A stretch of DNA of 64,000 bases from an uncultured Candidatus Saccharibacteria bacterium. Its GTDB lineage: Bacteria; Patescibacteriota; Minisyncoccia; Phycocordibacterales; CSBR16-119. The notes beneath the pieces were generated by a model. That model saw only the letters and a program-made list of their open reading frames with translations. It was not told the DNA's origin and made no database searches. The position numbers were made by a program, and so were the translations under genes. Shown one piece after another: positions 1 to 9,840 of this stretch; position 1 is the stretch's first letter, and the number at the start of each line of letters is the position of its first letter. Location of the stretch: positions 21,712 through 85,711 of the forward strand of contig CAYRQF010000001.1 in assembly GCA_964426385.1 (NCBI GenBank). The letters are read 5' to 3'.

Positions 1-199
1 CGTCTAGAGTCTGATATACATCAACAGATAGCTCGCTAGGCTCTTCTTCTGGGGTGGACCACTCTTTGCCCACAGGTTCGACGTCTCTATCTTTGCCGAG
101 TACGGGTAAACCTTCATCGCCAGTGAAATTATCTTCATCACTTTCGCGAAGAGAGAGTCCTCCAGTTAATTTTTGAAAAAATGATCTTTTTTTAAACAT
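1..199 (-). CDS. Hsp20/alpha-crystallin small heat-shock protein, 5' part (runs off window)
   Basis: Manual translation from ATG at 199 gives MFKKRSFFQKLTGG...EEEPSELSVDVYQTLD; the L-x-V-D-V-Y-Q-T motif starts the Hsp20 domain. Not in the ORF track. Confidence 0.75.
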   Translation of the reverse strand, partial: MFKKRSFFQKLTGGLSLRESDEDNFTGDEGLPVLGKDRDVEPVGKEWSTPEEEPSELSVDVYQTLD

Positions 200-200
200 G

Positions 201-881
201 TTACATTCTTCTTAGCTGTTCAAATAGCAGGAGTACTACGATTGTTACGCCCCACAAAAGGCTGAATACTCCGAATAATCCTTTGTCGCTACCAATTATA
301 AGAAAATTAAACGCAGAGTGCAAGGTGATAGCGGCCAAAAGTCCGCCAAGTAAGAAAATTTTCTTTGAATACCATCCACGATAGAAAGAAAGTCCGAGTG
401 CGATACCGATTATACCCGAACAGATAGTGTGTAGAAGCATCGCGCCGAGGAATCTGAAGTTACCTGTGAGTAGACTGACTGTCGCATTGCCGAGTGTGAC
501 AGGGTCGAGAAGAAAAAGTGCATTTTCCATGGCAGCAAATCCGAGTGCGCCAGTCATCAGGTATATGGCGAAGTCTACTGGCTCATCAGCCGCCTTGCTT
601 TTGAGTGCAACGAAGAGTACGGCAGAGTATTTGACGATCTCCTCTACCGCAGCCCAGGCTATGGTAAGAATCTTATCGTTAAAGATGAGGCTTCCAACTA
701 GATTCTGGAGGGGGAGAACGACGAATACTGATACCATGCCGATAATAAATGTCAGGACGAGCAGTCCTCGTGGTTCAGGCTTCTCGTCATCTTCGTTGAG
801 CCAGAACCATAACCACAGAAATGCAGGAACAAGCCCTCCGAGGAGAGATATCGCTCCAACTTTGAAACTTATGTCGGCCAT
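201..881 (-). CDS. prsW: PrsW-family intramembrane glutamic protease
   Basis: Multi-TM protein with EEIVK, ALGFAAMEN, HTICS and HSAFN motifs. Confidence 0.85.
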   Translation of the reverse strand: MADISFKVGAISLLGGLVPAFLWLWFWLNEDDEKPEPRGLLVLTFIIGMVSVFVVLPLQNLVGSLIFNDKILTIAWAAVEEIVKYSAVLFVALKSKAADEPVDFAIYLMTGALGFAAMENALFLLDPVTLGNATVSLLTGNFRFLGAMLLHTICSGIIGIALGLSFYRGWYSKKIFLLGGLLAAITLHSAFNFLIIGSDKGLFGVFSLLWGVTIVVLLLFEQLRRM

Positions 882-3034
882 TCTTCAATTATAAGCAATT
901 TCTCTGGCTTTCCGTTGTGAATAAGACTCCAGACTTCTTCGGTAACGAATGGCATGAATGGATGAAGTATCTTGAGAGTCTTGTCGAGGAGCTCTCGCAG
1001 TGTTCTGGCTTTAGATTGGGAAGCCTCGTCACTTGTTGCTAGGATGGCTTTACTCTCTTCCAGAATTTTATCGGCAAGTGTATGCCAGGCATAATGATAG
1101 ACCTTCTCACTTGCTAGATGAAGACGTAAATTTTCTAAGTCCGATGTTATATCTTTTATAACTTCGGATTGTTCGGCCAATAATTTTTGATCTTCCGCGT
1201 TAAAATTTGCTGACGCATTGTAATTGTCTGTATTTTGTAAGATGAATCGAGTAACATTCCAGATTTTGTTTGCAAAGTTTTTATAGCCCTTAATCTTGTT
1301 TTCGTCGATACGCATGTCTGTGCCAGGAGCTGTACCAACAATGAGCGCCATACGTGCTGCGTCCGCACCGAACTTGTTTGCAACATCTACCGGGTCGAGT
1401 CCGTTACCAAGAGACTTGGACATCTTGCGTCCTTGGCCATCTCGCACGGTGCCGTGAAGATAAATCGTCTTGAATGGGACTTCACCTAGGGCATATTCAG
1501 TCATAAGTATCATACGGGCTATCCAGAAGAAAAGTATTTCGTAACCTGTTTCTAGGATATTAGTCGGATGGAAGAATTTCAAATCAGGAGTCTTCTCTGG
1601 CCAGCCCAAAGTTGAAAATGTCCAGAGGGCGGATGAGAACCAGGTATCTAGCGTGTCTTCATCTTGTTTCCATTCTGCTGACGGGGAAGTGTCACCAACA
1701 AAAACTTCCTCACCCTTGTACCATACCGGGATCCGATGTCCGTACCAGATCTGGCGTGATATGCACCAATCTCGTAGGTTCTCGATCCAGTGGAAGTAAG
1801 TTTTACCGAAGTAGTCAGGTACTATTTTAATATCACCATTCTCGACGGGCTTACGCATCAGGTCCTTGAGAGTCATATCTCGTCCAGGGATCTGTTTATT
1901 CACATCGACGAACCACTGGAGTTTAGGTAGGGGTTCCACAATACCACCGGTTCTTTCGGCTGTACCAACGTTTTGCTTTGAAACAGCTTCAGACTCTAGA
2001 AGCTGTTGTTCGCGCAGCCAAGAAACTATCGCCTCACGCGCCTCGGTCGTTTTTTTGCCGAGAATTCTTTCGTCACCAACAGACATCTTGGCATATTCAT
2101 TTATGACCGGAATAATAGGTAGATCATTTTTTTGAGCCATCTCCCAGTCAATCATAGAGTGTGCAGGTGTGACACCGAGCGCACCAGTACCAAATTCCAT
2201 CTCTACTGCAACGTCCGCAATTATTTTTACTGAAAGTTTTACTCCACAAAAATCCGGAATTTCGAAAGTTTGTCCTATGTATTTCTGATATCTAGTGTCT
2301 TCGGGGTGAACAGCCACTGCAACATCGCCTACCTTGGTCTCTGGACGGGTAGTTGAGATGGATATAGGGAAATCTTTTGAGTATTTGAAGGTGTAGAGCT
2401 TCGCCTCGCGTTCTTCATATACGATCTCATCGTCTGAGATTGTCGTCTGACCTTTGGGGTCCCAATTGACTATACGATACCCTCGATAGATGAGACCGTC
2501 GTCATACATTTTTTTGAAGATTGCATTGACTGCGATGTTTCTCTTTTCGTCGAGAGTAAAAGCTTCGCGTGACCAATCACAAGAAGATCCGAGAGTCTTA
2601 ATCTGGTTCATCATTGTGTCATGACTCTGTTGGGCGAATTCACGGATACGTCGTAGAAGCTCTTCGCGTCCTAGGTCATGACGTGAAAGACCTTCTTTTT
2701 TGTAGATCTCTTTTTCTACTTTAGACTGAGTGGCAATAGCAGCATGGTCGGTACCAGGAAGCCACAGAGCCTTTTTCCCACGCATACGCTCAAAACGGAT
2801 AAGAATATCTTGAATGGTGGTACCGAGAGCGTGTCCCATGTGTAGTGTGCCCGTCACATTTGGAGGGGGCATCATTATAGTAAAAGGTTCAATATGCCGT
2901 TCTGGCAAATTATCTGGATTGAAATAACCCGAATCTTCCCAGAGTTTGTAGACTCTGGATTCGGTACTTTGAGCATCGTAGGGCTTCATGAAAGCCTCGG
3001 GGATATCGGCGTATATCTTTTTTTCAGGTGGCAT
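869..3034 (-). CDS. valS: Valine--tRNA ligase (short form, no C-terminal coiled coil)
   Basis: PPPNVTGTLHMGH, DWCISRQIWYGHRIP and KMSKS motifs. Confidence 0.97.
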   Translation of the reverse strand: MPPEKKIYADIPEAFMKPYDAQSTESRVYKLWEDSGYFNPDNLPERHIEPFTIMMPPPNVTGTLHMGHALGTTIQDILIRFERMRGKKALWLPGTDHAAIATQSKVEKEIYKKEGLSRHDLGREELLRRIREFAQQSHDTMMNQIKTLGSSCDWSREAFTLDEKRNIAVNAIFKKMYDDGLIYRGYRIVNWDPKGQTTISDDEIVYEEREAKLYTFKYSKDFPISISTTRPETKVGDVAVAVHPEDTRYQKYIGQTFEIPDFCGVKLSVKIIADVAVEMEFGTGALGVTPAHSMIDWEMAQKNDLPIIPVINEYAKMSVGDERILGKKTTEAREAIVSWLREQQLLESEAVSKQNVGTAERTGGIVEPLPKLQWFVDVNKQIPGRDMTLKDLMRKPVENGDIKIVPDYFGKTYFHWIENLRDWCISRQIWYGHRIPVWYKGEEVFVGDTSPSAEWKQDEDTLDTWFSSALWTFSTLGWPEKTPDLKFFHPTNILETGYEILFFWIARMILMTEYALGEVPFKTIYLHGTVRDGQGRKMSKSLGNGLDPVDVANKFGADAARMALIVGTAPGTDMRIDENKIKGYKNFANKIWNVTRFILQNTDNYNASANFNAEDQKLLAEQSEVIKDITSDLENLRLHLASEKVYHYAWHTLADKILEESKAILATSDEASQSKARTLRELLDKTLKILHPFMPFVTEEVWSLIHNGKPEKLLIIEEWPT

Positions 3035-3072
3035 TCTGTGATTTTATCATAAAATAAAGGTTTCCAAAGGGT

Positions 3073-3101
3073 TTGACTTTGATACTCGCCTGGGCTATTT
3101 T
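3073..3101 (+). promoter_or_regulatory. sigma70 promoter of the aspartokinase-like cassette
   Basis: TTGACT-N17-TATTTT, followed by the A/C-rich leader taacccgaaccaaccacagatcattcatt-ATG. Confidence 0.6.
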
Positions 3102-3130
3102 TAACCCGAACCAACCACAGATCATTCATT

Positions 3131-4168
3131 ATGGGAACCCAGGAAATCCTCACGAAACTTCTGGGCCAACAGTTGGTTCAGAAGGTTTACAAGTTTGGTG
3201 GCCAACATGTTGGCGCCATTGGAAACATCGATATCATCGCATCAGTGCTCGGCCTCCTTGCGCACATCGGACGTCCTGCGGGGCTCGTCTTCTCTGCTCC
3301 TCAAGGCTTCACGGAGAGACTCCGTCAGATGTTCTTGCTTACACACTCCGGACATCAAGGAAGAGCGCGTGATCAATTCAATCTGGCAATGGACGGATTG
3401 TACTCAGCGTGGACTAGTCTTCGGGACGAACTTGCGCAAGCAGTTTCGCCAGAGCGAAGGACTGAGTTCGACGTAAGATCTTCGGTCATTGATGATGAAG
3501 TGCTTCGACAGATCGCGAGCTTTAAGATGCAGATAGAGTCGATATTCCGAAGCGGAAATCAGATGAGGCCGGACTGTGCTGAGGCCAAATTCCTCGCGAT
3601 GGGCGAGCGCAGTTTCGGTGAGATCATCATGAGACCGCTTTGCGATATCCTGACGGAATTCTTCGGTATGAATTTCGTGTATTTGGATCCGATCCACTAC
3701 GTTGTCTCCCAGCGAAAGCAAGAAGGTTGTAAGGATTTAGATCCAGATATCTTCATTAGCGCAGCAAACCTGCGTGAACATATCGCTGGTCGGCAGAAAT
3801 GGACGAAGGGCGGACCGATCACGTTTGTCATGCCGGGCTTCTGTCTTGCGGTAAACAGAGGCTGGCAAATAGGAACGATGCCGTTCAACGGCTCAGACAT
3901 CTCGGCTTACATCTTGAGCCTAGCCTTCGGTCTCGATCCTGTCGAGCTTGTCTACATCAAGCGTGTCATGGGCGATGTGCCTACCGACATCCAGAGCTTG
4001 ATCGATCAGCAAAATGCGAGTGCTGGCGTTGATGGCAAAAGGAGTGAGCTGGTTGCCACGTTTGTGCTCGAGCAGCTTCGAGTCGCTCGCCGTGATCTAC
4101 AGCTCTACAACACGACAACTGGGACTTTTCATACTGTGCCCGTTGCAGTCGGGGTGTCTACTAGTTAG
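3131..4168 (+). CDS. Divergent aspartate-kinase-like protein (amino acid kinase fold, no ACT domains)
   Basis: KFGGQHV (cf. KFGGTSV), VFSAPQGFTERL (cf. VVSAMGGVTDxL), MGERS, VMPGF and TMPFNGSDISA (cf. TLGRGGSDYSA), in the expected order. Confidence 0.7.
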   Translation: MGTQEILTKLLGQQLVQKVYKFGGQHVGAIGNIDIIASVLGLLAHIGRPAGLVFSAPQGFTERLRQMFLLTHSGHQGRARDQFNLAMDGLYSAWTSLRDELAQAVSPERRTEFDVRSSVIDDEVLRQIASFKMQIESIFRSGNQMRPDCAEAKFLAMGERSFGEIIMRPLCDILTEFFGMNFVYLDPIHYVVSQRKQEGCKDLDPDIFISAANLREHIAGRQKWTKGGPITFVMPGFCLAVNRGWQIGTMPFNGSDISAYILSLAFGLDPVELVYIKRVMGDVPTDIQSLIDQQNASAGVDGKRSELVATFVLEQLRVARRDLQLYNTTTGTFHTVPVAVGVSTS

Positions 4169-4192
4169 ATATCCATCAGTTCTATCTTCACG

Positions 4193-4224
4193 AAGCCCCG
4201 GTGATACCCGGGGCTTTGTCGCTT
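4193..4224 (+). terminator. Intrinsic terminator-like hairpin
   Basis: AAGCCCCGG-tgatac-CCGGGGCTT followed by tgtcgctt. Confidence 0.7.
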
Positions 4225-4234
4225 GTGGGGAGCC

Positions 4235-4263
4235 TTGTTTTGGTAGGGTAAATGGAGTAATCT
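4235..4263 (+). promoter_or_regulatory. Putative sigma70 promoter of the purM cassette
   Basis: TTGTTT-N17-TAATCT; leader gaaaacaacgaacctcaacaaacactctttgac-ATG. Confidence 0.5.
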
Positions 4264-4309
4264 CGATGGGAAAGACGAAAACAACGAACCTCAACAAACA
4301 CTCTTTGAC

Positions 4310-5485
4310 ATGGCTACCAAACCGCTAGACCGATACGCCCAAAGGGGTGTTTCATCTGGAAAAGAAGACGTCCACAAGGCCATCAAGAAGCTCGATAAGG
4401 GGCTATATCCAAATGCCTTTTGCAAAATTTTCCCGAGCATGCGCGGGGAGATGTATGGCTCGATAATGCATGCAGATGGGGCAGGTTCAAAGGCGGCGCT
4501 CGCTTATGCGTACTGGAAACAGACGGGAGATCTGACAGTCCTGCACGGACTAGCGCAGGATTCGATGGTCATGAACTTCGATGATCTGCTGTGTATCGGA
4601 GCAACTGGCCACATGGATGTATCAAGTACGCTCCAGCGCAACAAGCGACTGATCTCTGCTGAAGCTGTCCAGGCGATCATTGAGGGGACACAGATCTTCA
4701 TCGATGACATGAACAGCTACGGATATGATATGCGAAACATGGGTGGAGAAACCGCTGACCTCGGCGATCTGGTCCGAACCCTCGTACTCGATCACACTTT
4801 CCACACCGAGATGCATCGTGCTGAAGTGATCGATCTTGCCAATGTTCGTCCCGGTGATGTGATCGTTGGGCTTGCCTCGTACGGCCAGGCTTCCTATGAG
4901 AAGAACTACAACAGCGGTATGGGGAGCAACGGACTCACAAGTGCACGCCACGACATTTTCGGCAAATACATGGCCAAGCGCTTCCCAGACACGTTCGATC
5001 CCAAGATGAAGAAGAGCCTGCGCTATTGCGGCAAGCATACGCTTCTCGAGGTGGAGCCGGAAACCGGACGAACATTTGGACAGCTAGTGCTTTCGCCGAC
5101 ACGGACGTATGGTCCCATCATGAAGAAACTGTTCGAGTCGATGCCTAAGTCGTGGATCCATGGTATTGTGCACTGCTCTGGTGGTGGTCAGACGAAATGT
5201 CTGCACTACATTGACGGGATGCACATCGTGAAGGACAAAATGCTACCCGTCCCCCCGCTGTTCCGCATCATCCAGCAGGACACAGGAACACCACCGCATG
5301 AGATGTACCGTACATTCAACATGGGTCATCGTATGGAGATCTACCTGCCTGAAGTCTATGCGGAAACTGTGATAGAGGTTGCGAAGGGCTTCAACGTTGA
5401 GGCGCAAGTAATCGGGCGATGTGATCCGCATCGTGGTCATAGGCTCACCATTTACTCGCAGGAGTACGGCAAATTGAAGTACTAG
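4310..5485 (+). CDS. purM: Phosphoribosylformylglycinamidine cyclo-ligase (AIR synthase), long Bacteroidota-like type
   Basis: RYAQRGVSSGKEDVH, MHADGAGSK, GGETADLGD, SNGLTSARH, HCSGGGQTK and TFNMGHRME motifs. Confidence 0.88.
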   Translation: MATKPLDRYAQRGVSSGKEDVHKAIKKLDKGLYPNAFCKIFPSMRGEMYGSIMHADGAGSKAALAYAYWKQTGDLTVLHGLAQDSMVMNFDDLLCIGATGHMDVSSTLQRNKRLISAEAVQAIIEGTQIFIDDMNSYGYDMRNMGGETADLGDLVRTLVLDHTFHTEMHRAEVIDLANVRPGDVIVGLASYGQASYEKNYNSGMGSNGLTSARHDIFGKYMAKRFPDTFDPKMKKSLRYCGKHTLLEVEPETGRTFGQLVLSPTRTYGPIMKKLFESMPKSWIHGIVHCSGGGQTKCLHYIDGMHIVKDKMLPVPPLFRIIQQDTGTPPHEMYRTFNMGHRMEIYLPEVYAETVIEVAKGFNVEAQVIGRCDPHRGHRLTIYSQEYGKLKY

Positions 5486-5504
5486 GCCACCGTTCCTTCG
5501 AAGA

Positions 5505-5532
5505 AAGCCCCGCAGCATGTGCTGCGGGGCTT
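5505..5532. terminator. Hairpin between convergent purM and tsaD
   Basis: aagccccgcagca-tg-tgctgcggggctt perfect inverted repeat. Confidence 0.75.
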
Positions 5533-5538
5533 CGACGT

Positions 5539-6714
5539 TTATAAGCTCCAATTCGAATCTGCTTTTATGGATTCAAGTGGCGGGACTGGTTTACCAGAAG
5601 CTATCTCCAAATATCCTGCGATGCCGATCATGATCGAGTTGTCACCAGAGAGGTGTTGGTCTGGAACATGGAGGATTACATTCGGGAAGTTTTTTTCGAT
5701 CATATTCTTCATCTCACTTTTTATATATCCGTTCGCGGAGACTCCACCACCGATGATGAGAGTCTCGATGCCGTATTCTTCTATCGCTCGTTTAGTCTTT
5801 TTTATCAATACTTCTGTCACCGCCGTTTCGAATTCTAACGCGATATCTGTTTTTGTTTGCTCGTCTAAATCTCCAAGCTTTTTTATTAGGTATAGCACCG
5901 CTGTCTTGATACCAGAGAACGAGAAATTATAATTGTCTGACCCGATCATCGGACGGGGAAGTTTGATGTCTTCTCGTTTTACTCCGAGACGTGCGAGTCT
6001 AGAAACCTCGGGTCCACCCGGGTATGGGAGACCGAGTAGTCGTGCGACCTTGTCGAAAGCTTCTCCGAGAGCGTCGTCGACGGTAGTACCGATCTTTTCG
6101 TATTGTAGCCAGCCTTTGATCAGCACTAGTTCAGTATGTCCACCGGAGATAAGGAGAGCGAGAGCTGGGAAATGAAAATCAGAAAGATTTATCTCTTGAG
6201 ATTCAGACTTCTTTGAGTCGATAAGCGTCGATAGAACATGACCCTCCATATGGTTCACTGGCATAACTGGTATGTCCCACATGTATCCGAGTGCTCGAGC
6301 GAAGTTCACCCCCACCCAAAGTGCTGGTTCGAGGCCGGGTCCTGTTGTGACGGCGATATGGTCAATATCAGGTTTTTTAATAGTCCTCGCGATATCGATA
6401 ACACTCTCGACGAGATCAGTTTCCCGCACGAGAAGCTCTCGTAGATAATTCTCTTTGCTTTCAGAAAATTTCGAATCAGAATCGCTATATAGTCCAGCAG
6501 ATTTTAAGTTTTCAATCAGAATGGGCGCGAGATTTTTAGCATGCTCACGTTTCGCTACTGTGGGGAATACACCGCCGAACTCTTTGTGAATTTCTATCTG
6601 AGACCGTACGAGGTTCGAAAGGATGCGAAAAGAAGGCGCATTTTTACCGCCTGTAATCTCGAGTATGGATATGGCTGTCTCATCACAACTTGTTTCGATA
6701 CTTAATATTTTCAT
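5539..6714 (-). CDS. tsaD: tRNA N6-adenosine threonylcarbamoyltransferase
   Basis: IETSCDET, NHMEGH, LISGGHT, DDALGEAFDK and GGGVSAN motifs. Confidence 0.96.
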   Translation of the reverse strand: MKILSIETSCDETAISILEITGGKNAPSFRILSNLVRSQIEIHKEFGGVFPTVAKREHAKNLAPILIENLKSAGLYSDSDSKFSESKENYLRELLVRETDLVESVIDIARTIKKPDIDHIAVTTGPGLEPALWVGVNFARALGYMWDIPVMPVNHMEGHVLSTLIDSKKSESQEINLSDFHFPALALLISGGHTELVLIKGWLQYEKIGTTVDDALGEAFDKVARLLGLPYPGGPEVSRLARLGVKREDIKLPRPMIGSDNYNFSFSGIKTAVLYLIKKLGDLDEQTKTDIALEFETAVTEVLIKKTKRAIEEYGIETLIIGGGVSANGYIKSEMKNMIEKNFPNVILHVPDQHLSGDNSIMIGIAGYLEIASGKPVPPLESIKADSNWSL

Positions 6715-6728
6715 ATACTGTTTCGCTT

Positions 6729-6760
6729 GCCCCGTATGAAGCCGGGCTTCGTATCGGGGT
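6729..6760. repeat. GC-rich palindrome in the tsaD leader (REP-like)
   Basis: gccccgtatgaagccgggcttcgtatcggggt imperfect inverted repeat. Confidence 0.55.
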
Positions 6761-6840
6761 CACAGCTAGTCTCTATAGACAGGATTTTCATAAGAATTCA
6801 CTCACTATATACGAATATCCGAAAATGTTAAGATTTACCT

Positions 6841-7431
6841 ATGTCTAAATCGATTTTCATCATTGGCCAGTCTGGCTCGGGTAAGGACACTCTGGCCGCA
6901 AGCCTCATCGAATATTTGGGAGGAGAATCAAAAGTGCTCTATATATCGACAGGCGAGGAGCTCCGAAAATTTACAAAAGGAGAGTATCTGACTGCGAAGC
7001 TTGCCAAATCCAACAACGAGAAGGGTCACATTGCACCATGGTTTGTTATCGTGGGGTGCTGGTTCAGGAAACTGAGCGAAGAATTTACTGGAGAGCAAAT
7101 AATGCTCTGGAACGGAACACCACGGTCTGCCAAAGAATTCGAGATACTTTCTCAGATGATCGAGTTCTATGGCAGGCATGCAGATATGATTCACCTCCAG
7201 GTACCAGACGAGGAATGCTTGAAAAGGATCACAGACCGGCAAAATGCTATAGGACGAGAAGAAACAAAAACCGAACAATCAATAAGAAACAAGCTTCAGT
7301 TTTATTACGATAAAGTCTTGCCGGCTATTGAGCTAGCTAAGACAGATCAGAATTTCACCGTTCATGAGATAGATGGGGCGGGGAGTAAGGAGGAAGTTTT
7401 TGAGAGGGTGAAGAAAGCCCTGTCGATATAG
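6841..7431 (+). CDS. adk: Adenylate/nucleoside monophosphate kinase
   Basis: P-loop GQSGSGKDT, ISTGEELR and NGTPR (cf. DGFPR). Confidence 0.8.
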   Translation: MSKSIFIIGQSGSGKDTLAASLIEYLGGESKVLYISTGEELRKFTKGEYLTAKLAKSNNEKGHIAPWFVIVGCWFRKLSEEFTGEQIMLWNGTPRSAKEFEILSQMIEFYGRHADMIHLQVPDEECLKRITDRQNAIGREETKTEQSIRNKLQFYYDKVLPAIELAKTDQNFTVHEIDGAGSKEEVFERVKKALSI

Positions 7432-7432
7432 G

Positions 7433-7505
7433 TGCGCGATAGAGGATTCGAACCTCTGACCTACCCCACGTCAAGGGGTCGCTCTACCAACTGAGCTAAC
7501 CGCGC
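7433..7505 (-). tRNA. tRNA-Val(GAC)
   Basis: GCGCGGTTAGCTCAGTTGGTAGAGC...ACCCC-TTGACGT-GGGGT...GGTTCGAATCC...ATCGCGCA; CCA not fully encoded. Confidence 0.95.
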
Positions 7506-7535
7506 GATAAGAGAAACAATACTATAAAAGCGGGC

Positions 7536-7564
7536 TTGATTCAAGTAAAATTAAGGCATAAGAT
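7536..7564 (+). promoter_or_regulatory. sigma70 promoter of cassette 7610
   Basis: TTGATT-N17-TAAGAT; leader ends ttaacccaacaactcaagaagtc-ATG. Confidence 0.55.
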
Positions 7565-7609
7565 AGTCCCCGAGAGAGAAGATCGTTTAACCCAACAACT
7601 CAAGAAGTC

Positions 7610-8005
7610 ATGATCAGCATAGCGGTTGTTTTGCCAACGATTGAAGAGGGGCAGGAACTCTTCTGTGTGTCTTACAGTACGATAGTGCACAAAGCGGATG
7701 GTGAGACCAAAGGCCACTTCTTCTTTGCCGAAGACCTGGAAGACCCGACCGTAAACCTTATATTGGAAAAGGTCCACAGTCTTCTCGAAGATCCAGAGTG
7801 GTCAGGATTTCTACTGATACTTCTTCGCGGTGAAGAAGAAATGGCAGGTAATATGCTTGGTTTGCTCGAAACCAAGCTAGCTGGTGAAAAACGACTGAGT
7901 ATTTTCATCGATGACCCTGGAGAAGAAGATCTGTCTGTTCCGCTCACGTTCGACATAATGCACAGAGCGTCACTGATCGGTTCCTTGGCGAACCACAAGA
8001 ACTGA
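7610..8005 (+). CDS. Hypothetical acidic protein (cassette gene between two tRNAs)
   Basis: 131-aa ORF with its own promoter and a downstream hairpin gaggggcct...aggccctttc at about 8011-8035. Confidence 0.65.
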   Translation: MISIAVVLPTIEEGQELFCVSYSTIVHKADGETKGHFFFAEDLEDPTVNLILEKVHSLLEDPEWSGFLLILLRGEEEMAGNMLGLLETKLAGEKRLSIFIDDPGEEDLSVPLTFDIMHRASLIGSLANHKN

Positions 8006-8102
8006 GAAATGAGGGGCCTTTAATCAGGCCCTTTCTCGTTGCCAAAAAAGCGAAAAATGATATACTCTCATTGTTTTTAGGCTATGTGCCGAAAAGACAC
8101 AT

Positions 8103-8174
8103 GGCCCCATCGTCTAACGGTTAGGACAGCAGGTTTTCAATCTGTTAATCGGAGTTCGATTCTCCGTGGGGTCA
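8103..8174 (+). tRNA. tRNA-Glu(TTC)
   Basis: GGCCCCATCGTCTAACGGTTAGGAC...GCAGG-TTTTCAA-TCTGT...GAGTTCGATTCTC...TGGGGTCA. Confidence 0.95.
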
Positions 8175-8251
8175 CAAAATAGAGAGCTAGTTCGAGCGCT
8201 CTAGAAGTGCTACAGGTTTATAAATAAGACAGTATTATTAAGTGTTAGCAA

Positions 8252-9727
8252 ATGAGTAAACCAATAAACCTATTGTCATTGGTGCAGGCAAAAAATACCC
8301 TGTCTAATTCAGCATTTGAAAATTTCAAAAGTCACTATCTTCTGGAATTTAGGGACAGCGAAATAGACGACTTGTCTTCCTTGATTATCTGCCTGAATGA
8401 AAGTGGGTGTTTAATTCCGGATTTGGACAACTTTGTAGTTGGATATAAAATACCTCAAATTGGAAAAGAGTTTGATCTTCTTCGTTTTGGGTATGAACTC
8501 ATAATTAACATAGAGTTAAAAAAGACGAGTGACGAAGAGAAAATTAAAAGACAGCTTGCACGAAATAAACACTACCTTAGTTTTGCAGGACTCAAGACGT
8601 GTCACTATATGTATTTGTCTGAGTCTGGTTTATTTTTTAAACTTGGTGGATCTGGTGAAATTGAGAACATAAAAATTCCAGAACTTACAAGACAGCTTAA
8701 AGAACAGGCTTTGTCACAAGAACAAAATTTAGATGATTTCTTTAATCCTGCAAGTTACTTAGTGTCCCCGTTCAATTCGACTGAAAGATTTCTTGCTGGC
8801 GAATATTTTCTAACTCATCAACAGGAAGAGGTCTCTGATACAGTGATGGATTATCTCGCAACACACACAGAACCTGGTTTTATCAGTCTCAAAGGGGGTG
8901 CTGGAACAGGTAAATCTTTGCTGGTCTATCATATTGCAAAAGACGCACTTAAAGCTGGCAAAAAAGTACTAATCATACATTGCGGAATACTCAACCAAGG
9001 CCACGACCTACTTAAATCGATAGGCTGGGAAGTTCAACCTATCCGCTTATATAAAGGCTTAAAAATCTCAGATTATGACCTAATAATCATAGATGAAGCG
9101 CAGCGTTTATTTGATTACCAATTCAAACACCTCTCAAAGGAAGTCAAAACCAGCAAGGCTTTGTGTATCTTTTCTTTCGACAAACTTCAAACCTTAGCTG
9201 CTTTTGAGGACAGATTTGATATTGAATGTCAAATATCTTCACTTATTCCAATCTCAGACCACACACTCTCAGAAAAAATAAGGTCGAACAAGGAAATTGT
9301 TGACTTTATTGTCATGTTGTTTAACAAGAATAAAAACTATGAAATTAGAGGAGGTAAAAACATATACTTAAAGTATTTTTCTACAAACAAAGATGCTAGT
9401 GATTATCTAAGTAGTTTGGATAAAGATGAGTGGCAATTGCTAAGATTTACGCCCTCACTGTTCAGTGTCGAACACCATGAGTCCTATTTTCGACAGGACA
9501 CACCAACATCTCATGGAATAATTGGGCAAGAATTCGACAATGTAGTTGTAGTGATTGATGAATTATTTTCTTACCACGAAAGTGGTCAGCTCGTTTATCG
9601 CGGTAGATCTTACTATCATCCGAGAAAAATGTTATTTCAGAATATCACTAGAGCAAGAAAGAAAGTACTAGTCGTAATCATTAACAACGAAGAGCTACTT
9701 GAGAGATGTGTGCAAATACTTAGATAA
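8252..9727 (+). CDS. PD-(D/E)xK/NERD-like nuclease fused to an SF1 (DUF2075/Schlafen group-3-like) helicase
   Basis: FDLLR...NIELKK nuclease motif, Walker A GGAGTGKS, Walker B IIIDEAQ, GQEFD and ITRARK; visibly AT-rich, directly after tRNA-Glu. Confidence 0.75.
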   Translation: MSKPINLLSLVQAKNTLSNSAFENFKSHYLLEFRDSEIDDLSSLIICLNESGCLIPDLDNFVVGYKIPQIGKEFDLLRFGYELIINIELKKTSDEEKIKRQLARNKHYLSFAGLKTCHYMYLSESGLFFKLGGSGEIENIKIPELTRQLKEQALSQEQNLDDFFNPASYLVSPFNSTERFLAGEYFLTHQQEEVSDTVMDYLATHTEPGFISLKGGAGTGKSLLVYHIAKDALKAGKKVLIIHCGILNQGHDLLKSIGWEVQPIRLYKGLKISDYDLIIIDEAQRLFDYQFKHLSKEVKTSKALCIFSFDKLQTLAAFEDRFDIECQISSLIPISDHTLSEKIRSNKEIVDFIVMLFNKNKNYEIRGGKNIYLKYFSTNKDASDYLSSLDKDEWQLLRFTPSLFSVEHHESYFRQDTPTSHGIIGQEFDNVVVVIDELFSYHESGQLVYRGRSYYHPRKMLFQNITRARKKVLVVIINNEELLERCVQILR

Positions 9728-9840
9728 GGCTCACAATCATATCTCTCGAGATGGGTCGAAGTGGTTATCAAGTAAACCGCCAGAAAAGCATTACTGGGTA
9801 ATAAATTTAATTGGTTCCATCTCGAGAAGGCTTACAATAC

